Shown in pieces: positions 7,609 through 13,853 of a stretch of 13,853 bases of DNA. This stretch comes from Planctomycetota bacterium (GTDB lineage: Bacteria; Planctomycetota; UBA11346). The notes under the pieces were generated by a model. That model made no database searches, was not told where the DNA came from, and was given only the letters and a program-made list of their open reading frames with translations. Position 1 is the first letter of the stretch. Each line of letters opens with the position of its first letter. The stretch covers positions 1 through 13,853 of the forward strand of contig JBBQSO010000119.1 of assembly GCA_038213805.1 (NCBI GenBank), in the 5' to 3' direction. A program made the position numbers and the translations under genes.

Positions 7609-8413
7609 CCTTCTCCGAGAGCGTCTCGGCGCCGCCGAGGATGAGGTGCCCGCCCGTGCCCAGGCGCCCGGCGAGGTTGGCGAGCACCGCGCCCTTGCTG
7701 GCGCCGTCGAAGTAGATGAGCACGTTGCGCAGCAGGATCAGGTCGTAGGCGGGACCGGAGGAGCGCTCGAGCAGGTTGTGGGCGCGGAAGTCGATGCGCG
7801 CGCGCAGCGCGTCGCACACTTGGTGGCGCTGGCCGTCGGGCTGGGCCGCGAAATAGCGCGCCAGCGCCGCCGGGGTGATCTTCTGCAGTGCGTAGGCGCC
7901 GTAGAGGCCGGCGCGCGCGCGCCCGATGACCTGGGTGTTGATGTCGGTCGCGTCGATGCGGAAGGCGCAGCCGCTGCCGGTCAGGGCCGCGTCGAGGGCG
8001 ATGGCCAGGGAGTAGGGCTCCTCGCCGCTCGAGCAGGCCGCGCTCCAGGCGCGGAAGGTGGCGCCGCGCGCCGCGGACCGGCGCCAGGCCGGCATGATGG
8101 TGCCGAGCAGGAAGTCCCAGTGCTCCTTGTGGCGGAAGAAGAAGGTCTCGTTGGTGGTCAGCGACTCCAGGCACATCTGGAACTCGGCCTCGTGGCCGGG
8201 CGCCGTGGCGTAGTCGTGGTAGGCGCGGTAGCTGGTCAGGCCGAGCGCGTCGAGCCGCCGGCGCAGGCGCCCCTGAACGAGGTTGATCTTGGCATCGGCG
8301 ATGCGGATGCCGGCAGTGCGGTACATCAGCTCCTGGAACAGGCGCAGCTCGTCGCTCTTGAGCTGCGGCCCGGTGGCGTCGCTGGTGGTGCGCTGGATGG
8401 CGGTGGTGGTCAT
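7562..8413 (-). CDS. cheR: Chemotaxis methyltransferase CheR
   Basis: LVQGRLRRRL, LTTNETFFFRHKEHW, WSAACSSGEEPYSLA, ATDIN, ARAGLY, FRAHNL, YDLILLRNVLIYFD and LILGGAETL. The start is more likely ATG 8413 than the ORF-track start 8527, which would overlap the putative promoter. Confidence 0.96.
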   Translation of the reverse strand: MTTTAIQRTTSDATGPQLKSDELRLFQELMYRTAGIRIADAKINLVQGRLRRRLDALGLTSYRAYHDYATAPGHEAEFQMCLESLTTNETFFFRHKEHWDFLLGTIMPAWRRSAARGATFRAWSAACSSGEEPYSLAIALDAALTGSGCAFRIDATDINTQVIGRARAGLYGAYALQKITPAALARYFAAQPDGQRHQVCDALRARIDFRAHNLLERSSGPAYDLILLRNVLIYFDGASKGAVLANLAGRLGTGGHLILGGAETLSEKAHGFAYVQPTIYRKR

Positions 8414-8443
8414 GGCGTAGTCATCCGGTCGTCGCGGGGACAT

Positions 8444-8460
8444 TGCGGTGGACGTGCCAA
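8444..8460 (-). promoter_or_regulatory. Candidate sigma54 (-24/-12) promoter upstream of cheR-cheA-cheC-cheD-STAS-cheY
   Basis: The minus strand reads TTGGCACGTCCACCGCA. The TGGCACG -24 element is perfect and the GG-N10-GC spacing is exact, but CC replaces the consensus TT before GC. It ends ~30 nt above the cheR ATG. Confidence 0.6.
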
Positions 8461-8541
8461 AGCGTTTTCTCTGCCACCATCCGGCCGGCCAACGACTTGC
8501 GTGCACGCGAGCAGGCGTGGGGACCAATCCTTGTGGCCGCG

Positions 8542-8558
8542 ACCCCAGGCATTGGGGT
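8542..8558. promoter_or_regulatory. Palindrome ACCCCA-N5-TGGGGT; possible enhancer (UAS) for a sigma54 activator, or an RNA hairpin
   Basis: Perfect 6-bp inverted repeat centred ~115 bp upstream of the predicted start site, in non-coding DNA. Confidence 0.35.
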
Positions 8559-8635
8559 GGCGCGGGCCCCGGGAAGTGAGCCGTGCCCGGGCCCTGACGT
8601 CGACGGGAACGCGGTGGAGCGTCATGCGCGGCCGC

Positions 8636-9389
8636 TCAGAACGTCACGATCGCGCGCACATCGGCGACCGCGGCGTGGCCCGGGTCGCCGCCGCCACCGG
8701 GATGGAAGCTGTATTGCAGATCGTCCTTCTGCACGCACCAGGCGGTGGCCTGCAGAATGGAGACCGCCTCGACGACGGTCTCGCCGCGCTCGTGGCTGCC
8801 CAGCTTCGGGGCGGCGGTAAGGGACACGTCGGAGACGTAGAGGCCGGCGCCGTCCGCACCACGGCAGTCCGGCCCAATACAGGCTCGCGGCCAGGTGGGT
8901 GTTGACGGATTTGACCTGGCGGTCGGCGTCGCCCCACTGCGCGATCAGCGTCACGGCGCGCTCGTCGGCGCCGTGCCACAGGTCAACCTGCCCCTGCGCA
9001 AACATCCCGAAGATGCCCTGCTGCTCGCGGCCATCCAGGCGCGCAACCAGACCGCTGTGGTGCCAGGCGCCGACCTGCACCACGCCGGCTTCGCTGTGCG
9101 CGCTGCGCGGCCAAGCGTAGCGCACCTGCCCGATCATGAACTTCCCGGTGTTGGCGCGGCTCGCGAACAGCGGGTCGAGACCGGTGACGCCGGTCTGCTT
9201 GCCATCCGCTCCGGAGCCGTCCATGTAGCCGGCGGTCGCCGACCAGCGGCTCGTCGGCACGACCGCGAGGTGCACGCCCATGGCCGGGTTGGGGAAGGTC
9301 AGGAAGCTGGAGATGGTTGGCGAGAATCCGGCCGACGACTGGATGAAGGCGCCCGCCGCCGGCAGGCAGCTGCTTGGCCATACCGTCAT
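8636..9389 (-). pseudogene. oprB: Degraded OprB-family (carbohydrate-selective) porin: N-terminal part missing and a frameshift near 8858-8866
   Basis: Frame 1 gives FIQSSAGFSPTI..FLTFPNPAMG, GYMDG, VQVGAWHHSG and AQWGDAD. It shifts after WAGLPW to frame 2: ADGAGLYVSDVSLT...ETVVEAVSILQATAWCVQKDDLQYSFHPGG...VRAIVTF-stop. This is the OprB-type DLQY.(F)HPGG motif with a terminal Phe. At ~250 codons it is too short for a full porin. Confidence 0.72.
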
Positions 9390-9489
9390 GGCGGTCGTCG
9401 GGATTCGGAAGGGGCACCTGGAGCGCGCTCGCGTAGCGTTGGCGCGGGATGGGAAGGCGGGCTGAGTCTCGCGGCGGAGCGCGTCGGAA

Positions 9490-10065
9490 TCAGGCGACGC
9501 CTGTGAGGGCGTGCTCGCCGCGGGTCGTGCGCCGCGGTGGCTCCCGGCGCGCGACGGGCGCGGCCTCGGTGATGGTCGAGATGCCGGTGATGCTGCGACT
9601 GTCCTTGGCGGCGGTGGTCGCCTGCGCCGCGGTGCTGGCGTTGATCCCGGCCAAACCCTGCTTGGTGCGGGTGATGCCGTTGATGATCACCTGGGTGCGC
9701 TCGACCTCGCCAGAGTTCAGCACGTCGGGTCGCACCGCGTCGATGGCCTCGCCGGGCATGCCCGGCGAAGGCGGCGCATCGACTCACTCGTGTATGGTCC
9801 GGGCATTCTCCGCGACGTCGTCCTTGACTGCCTTGACCTCCACCGGCGTGCTGGCGAGGCGCATGGCGAAGACGTTGGCGCACAGCGCTTCGTGCATCAA
9901 GTGCATGTCCTGGTGCAGGCGCAGCCCACCAGCCGAGCGCTCCATCTGCGCCATCAGGCGGTTGTGCTCGCGCGTCGTCCACCACGAGGTGGGGATGATG
10001 GAGCGGATGCTCGCGAACCTGCTGGCGACGCGCACCCCAGACTTGGCGCGGATGGTGTGGGGCAT
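9490..10065 (-). pseudogene. Remnant of a second chemoreceptor (MCP) with an internal stop and a large in-frame deletion
   Basis: ORFs 9784-10065 and 9490-9759 are in the same frame, separated by one TGA (9786-9784). The N-part has an eroded TM1 and LRLHQDMHLMHEALCANV, resembling the ADMMHDALRADV-type receptor sensor motif. The C-part SGEVERTQVIINGITRTKQGLAGINASTAAQATTAAKDSRSITGISTITE aligns with [51 protein letters not shown] of the adjacent intact MCP. Confidence 0.8.
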
Positions 10066-10143
10066 GGCTGGAAACTCAATTCCCGGCCGCAAGGCCGGTG
10101 ATGAGGGTGGGAATGGTGGTGAGGACCGTGGGGCGAGCGCGGC

Positions 10144-11880
10144 TCAGCCGTGGTAGAGCGCCTTGCCGACCTCGTCGCCCCCTGCGGCGTCAGCATCCGT
10201 GCCGACCAGCACCGGCACGCGGCGCGCGGGTTTGGCCGCCTTGGGCGCACCACCGGCAAGGGCCTTGGACGCGCGCTTGGGCTCGCGCTTCGGCTCCTGG
10301 GCGATGGGCGCCATCGTCGTGACCACCGCCGGATCGGCGAGCCGGAAGCGCGCGACCAGCTGCTGCAGGCGCTGGGCCTGGGCCGAGAGCTCCTCGGCGC
10401 TGGCCGCCATCTCCTCGGCCGAGGCGGAGTTCTCCTCGGTGATCGCCGAGATGCCCTCAACGCTGTCCGCGACCTCCTTGGCGGTGCGCGCCTGGGCCTC
10501 GGCGCTGCTGGCGATGCCGCCCATGCCCGCGGTGGTGCGCCCGGTGCCGGCAAGGATCGCCTGCAGCGACTTGCCGACCTCCTGCGACAGCGCCGCGCCC
10601 TCGGTGACGCGCTTGCCGCTCTCGTCGATGAGCTGCGCGATTTCCTGCGCCGCGGTGCTCGAGCGCTCGGCGAGCTTGCGCACCTCGTCGGCGACCACCG
10701 CGAAGCCCAGGCCGTGCTCGCCTGCGCTCGCCGCCTCGATCGCCGCGTTCAAAGCCAGCAGGTTGGTCTGGTTGGCGATCTGGTTGATCACCCCGATGCT
10801 CTTGGCGATCTGGCCGCTGCTCTCATTGATCGCCTTCATGCCCTCGATCGAGCGGCCCACGGTCTGGCTGCCCTGCTCGGCGCTCTGACTGGTCGACAGC
10901 GCCACGCTGTTGGCTTCGGTGGTGCGCGTCGCGACCTGGTCGATGCTGCGCGACAGCTCCTGCACCGACGCGCTGATCTCCTCGACCGAGCTCGCCTGGG
11001 TCTGGGCGCCGCTGCTGATGTTCTGCGCCGAGGCCGAGAGCTCCTCGCCGCTCGCCGCGGTCTGGTCGGCGGCCTGGCGGATCTCCGACATCACCTGGCC
11101 GAGACTGTCGAGCGAAGCGTTGAAGGCCGCGGCCATGATCCCGACCTCGTCCTTGGAGACGACCTCGACTTGGGCGGTGAGGTTGCCTTGGGCGAGCTCG
11201 CCGACCGCGTCGGCCATGGCGCGGATCGGGCGCGAGATGCCGCGCGCCAGCCAGAAGGCGAAGCCGATGCCGACCAGCAGGGCCGCAGCGGCGATGCCGG
11301 TGACCATCTGCAGCGCGTGCCGGCCGATCGCGTTGGCCCTGGTCGTGGCCGCATCCTCACCCTTGTTGTTGATCTCGATGATCACCTTCAGGGCGTTGTC
11401 GCAGGCGTAGAACAGGTCCTCCATGCGGCCCACGGCGAGCATCGTCTTGGCCTCCGCCTTCTTGTCGGCGCGCGACAGCGCCTGCCACTGCGGGACGAGT
11501 TCCATGTAGGACTTCCAGTCGGCCGTGAACTTGTCATAGGTGACCTTCTCCTCGTCGGTCTGCGGCAGCGGGTCGTAGACCGCCTGCGCGGCGCTGAACA
11601 CCTCGAAGGCCTTGGCCATCTTGCCCTCGTACTTGGCCATCTCCTCGGACGAGCTGGCGGCCATGTGCGCGTACTGCTGACGGCGGAACACCGCAACGCC
11701 CAGGCGCATCTCCTCGATGGTGTACACCGATGGCATCCACCGGGTGTCCATCTCGTCGGTCTGCGCCTCCACCAGCCGCAGCTGGACGAGCGCGAAGGCG
11801 ATCACGCCCACGAAAATGGTCATGACGAAGCTGAAGCCGCAGAGCAGCTTGGTGGTGATGCGGAGATCTGAGAAGGACAT
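10144..11880 (-). CDS. Methyl-accepting chemotaxis protein (TM - 4-helix-bundle periplasmic sensor - TM - HAMP - signalling domain - long tail)
   Basis: TM1 [26 protein letters not shown] 4HB-type motif; TM2 [29 protein letters not shown]...GNLT...[11 protein letters not shown]; signalling core [44 protein letters not shown] ribosome-binding site upstream. Confidence 0.97.
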   Translation of the reverse strand: MSFSDLRITTKLLCGFSFVMTIFVGVIAFALVQLRLVEAQTDEMDTRWMPSVYTIEEMRLGVAVFRRQQYAHMAASSSEEMAKYEGKMAKAFEVFSAAQAVYDPLPQTDEEKVTYDKFTADWKSYMELVPQWQALSRADKKAEAKTMLAVGRMEDLFYACDNALKVIIEINNKGEDAATTRANAIGRHALQMVTGIAAAALLVGIGFAFWLARGISRPIRAMADAVGELAQGNLTAQVEVVSKDEVGIMAAAFNASLDSLGQVMSEIRQAADQTAASGEELSASAQNISSGAQTQASSVEEISASVQELSRSIDQVATRTTEANSVALSTSQSAEQGSQTVGRSIEGMKAINESSGQIAKSIGVINQIANQTNLLALNAAIEAASAGEHGLGFAVVADEVRKLAERSSTAAQEIAQLIDESGKRVTEGAALSQEVGKSLQAILAGTGRTTAGMGGIASSAEAQARTAKEVADSVEGISAITEENSASAEEMAASAEELSAQAQRLQQLVARFRLADPAVVTTMAPIAQEPKREPKRASKALAGGAPKAAKPARRVPVLVGTDADAAGGDEVGKALYHG

Positions 11881-11928
11881 GGGAACCTCGGGGGTTGGTT
11901 GGGGTCGTGGTTGGGGAAGGTGTCGGGA

Positions 11929-12438
11929 TCAGGCGTGGACGGTCTTGACCTCGAGCTGGGCGGCCTCGTTGGTCTGCAGCACGCGCTCGACGTCGAGCAC
12001 CAGCTGCATGCGCTCGCCGAGCTTGGCGACGCCGACCAGGTACTCGCCGGCCATGCAGGCGATGGTCTCGGGCGGCGGCTGGATGTCGGCCTTGGGGATC
12101 TTCATCACCCGCGACACCGCGTCGACGATCATGCCGATGATGCGGCCCTGCAGGCGGGTGACGACGATGCGGGTGTGCTCGGTGAAGGCCGACTCGCCGA
12201 CCGCGAAGCGCTTGCGCAGGTCGAGGACCGGGATCACCGTGCCGCGCAGGTTGATGATGCCCTCGATGTGGCTGGGCATCTGCGGCACCTTGGTGATGCC
12301 TTCGACCAAAATGATCTCCTTGACCTTGGTGATCTCGATGGCGTATTCCTCCGCGCCGAGGCGAAAGGACACCACCTGGAGGTAATCCTGCATCTTGAGC
12401 GACATCGGCGATTGGTCGGCGGTGGCGTGGCTGGGCAT
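11929..12438 (-). CDS. cheW: Chemotaxis coupling protein CheW
   Basis: QVVSFRLGAEEYAIEITKVKEII, ITKVPQMP, GIINLRGTVIPVLDLRKRF and GMIVDAVSRV. AGGA lies upstream of ATG 12438; alternative starts are 12408 and 12396. Confidence 0.96.
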   Translation of the reverse strand: MPSHATADQSPMSLKMQDYLQVVSFRLGAEEYAIEITKVKEIILVEGITKVPQMPSHIEGIINLRGTVIPVLDLRKRFAVGESAFTEHTRIVVTRLQGRIIGMIVDAVSRVMKIPKADIQPPPETIACMAGEYLVGVAKLGERMQLVLDVERVLQTNEAAQLEVKTVHA

Positions 12439-12487
12439 GGCTGGGTCCTGGCTGGGTCGGGTGGGTGGGATGGTGGAGGATGGGGGG

Positions 12488-13853
12488 TCAGGCCGGGAAG
12501 GACTTGACCAGCAGGATGGTCTCGCCGCTGCGGCTGGAGCGCACCGCGGTCATCCGCTCCTCGAGCGTCTGCTCGGCATGGCCGGCACCGGCGCGCTCCG
12601 GGCCGGTGCCGCGCAGGCTGCCGCGCGCTGCGAACAGCCGGCGCACGGCGAAGCCGCCGCGCTCGTCGGCGACCCGGATCAGCACCCGGTCCGCGAGGAA
12701 CATGGTCGAGATGCGCACCGCCAGGTCGGGCACCGGCCCTTCCGCCAGCTCGAAGCCGTTGGTGGCCAGCTCGCGGACGCAGCGCACCACATCGTCGAGC
12801 ACCGCCGCAGGCAGCGGCTGGCGGCCGAGGGCCTGCAGGTAGCGGGCCAGCAGCAGCACGGCCGCGGGCGCGGCCGAGACCGCCAGGTCGAACCACTCGT
12901 TCCCAAGCCGCGGGAGGACCACCAATTCGCGGTCGGGGTCGCTGCCCACCGCCGCCGCGGCCAGGCGCGCGAGTTCGCGGGTGTCGATCGGGCGCGCGAG
13001 CAGGCCGGCCGGATTGAGGTCGCAGCAGCGGCGCGCGGCCTGGTCGCAGGCGTGACCGACCACCAGCAGCACCGGCAGGTGGGGATGGCGCTCGCGCAGT
13101 TCGCGGAACAGCTCCGCAGCGGGCCGATCCGGCAGGGCGAGGTCGAGGATGACCAGGTCGGGGCGCTCGCCGAGGACGGCCTCGGGCGCCTCGGCGGCGC
13201 TCGGGCACGAGCTGGTGCGCATGCCCAGCTCGCGCAGCGCCTGGCCGACGGCGAGTCGCGTGCTGCCGTCGTCGGCGATGTGCAGTGCGAGCAGGCCGGT
13301 CAGCGCCGCCGCCGCGCCATCATCCTGCGGGCGCGGGCGCAGGGCGAGCACCGAGATATCGTCGCTGAATGCGCGTTGCGGCTCCGCCTGGCCTGCGAGG
13401 TCGAGGGCCGCGGTCAGCACCCCGTGCAGGCTGCCGCGGCGCGCGAGCCGGGCCGCGGCGCCGCGGCCCGCGCCGCGCAGAGTGGCGTCGAGGTCGACGC
13501 ACAGCCCGTCAGTATAGGCGATCAGGGTCTCGTCCTGGGCGACGACCGTGGTCCACTGCTCGCGCTCCGCGCCGACCGCGCCGAGGGCGCAGCCCGCCGC
13601 AGCGAGTGCGCGCACGGCCCCCGTCGCGCCGATCACCAGCGCCGCGGGATGGCCGGCGGAGGCGTAGGCAAGGTGGCCGCCGTACTCGTCGTAGAGCGCG
13701 CAAAAGGCGGTGGCGGCGGCTTCCTCGGGGAACAGTTCGCCGATCAGGGCGTCGGCGCGCGCCAGCACCTCGACTGGGCTCAGGCCGGCCTCCAGCGCGC
13801 CGAACCAGGCCTTGAGGGCGATGCCGCCGAAGGCCGCAGGCGTGCCCTGCCCG
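12488..13853 (-). CDS. PP2C/SpoIIE-type phosphatase - atypical receiver - anti-sigma-type (RsbW/SpoIIAB-like) HATPase fusion; 5' end outside the window
   Basis: The frame is open to the window edge and begins GQGTPAAFGG, matching the PP2C D-x-x-GHG-x-x-AA region. PP2C motifs are ATAFCA, YASAGHP, YTDGL and SDDISVL. The receiver is LHIADD...PDLVILDLALP...LARP (~13294-12950). The C-terminal domain has RELATNG, IRVADERGGF and GETILLVK. Confidence 0.85.
   Translation of the reverse strand, partial: GQGTPAAFGGIALKAWFGALEAGLSPVEVLARADALIGELFPEEAAATAFCALYDEYGGHLAYASAGHPAALVIGATGAVRALAAAGCALGAVGAEREQWTTVVAQDETLIAYTDGLCVDLDATLRGAGRGAAARLARRGSLHGVLTAALDLAGQAEPQRAFSDDISVLALRPRPQDDGAAAALTGLLALHIADDGSTRLAVGQALRELGMRTSSCPSAAEAPEAVLGERPDLVILDLALPDRPAAELFRELRERHPHLPVLLVVGHACDQAARRCCDLNPAGLLARPIDTRELARLAAAAVGSDPDRELVVLPRLGNEWFDLAVSAAPAAVLLLARYLQALGRQPLPAAVLDDVVRCVRELATNGFELAEGPVPDLAVRISTMFLADRVLIRVADERGGFAVRRLFAARGSLRGTGPERAGAGHAEQTLEERMTAVRSSRSGETILLVKSFPA

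Noticed and set aside
4053..8905. 1174-aa and 490-aa plus-strand ORFs
   Set aside because: Antisense shadows of cheA and cheR caused by GC-rich codon usage.
9784..9786. Programmed readthrough or selenocysteine at the in-frame TGA
   Set aside because: The surrounding gene shows a large deletion and an eroded TM helix, so a simple nonsense mutation is more parsimonious.
10083..10098. Hairpin CCGGCC-GCAA-GGCCGG after the MCP as an intrinsic terminator
   Set aside because: Only a 6-bp stem and no adjacent U-tract on the coding strand.
10150..11871. 573-aa plus-strand ORF
   Set aside because: Antisense shadow of the MCP.
13766..13768. ORF-track start for the PP2C fusion
   Set aside because: The frame stays open to the window edge and continues PP2C motifs, so the true start lies outside the window.

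Overview
Very GC-rich bacterial DNA carrying a chemosensory gene cluster, with every credible gene on the minus strand. In transcription order (right to left): a 5'-truncated PP2C(SpoIIE)-receiver-anti-sigma-type kinase fusion, cheW, an intact chemoreceptor (MCP), a decayed second MCP, a decayed OprB-type porin, and a candidate sigma54 promoter. Next comes a tightly coupled block, cheR-cheA (two Hpt domains)-cheC-cheD-STAS-cheY. A 447-nt spacer then precedes a membrane PAS histidine kinase that runs off the left edge and is missing from the ORF track. The main point of interest is a chemosensory pathway combined with a partner-switching module (PP2C/Ser kinase plus STAS), with a dual-Hpt CheA, no cheB in the window, and an altered receptor tip. 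The cheR/cheA junction is triplicated and the first ~100 nt are almost pure G/C; both may be sequencing or assembly artefacts. The long plus-strand ORFs are antisense shadows.
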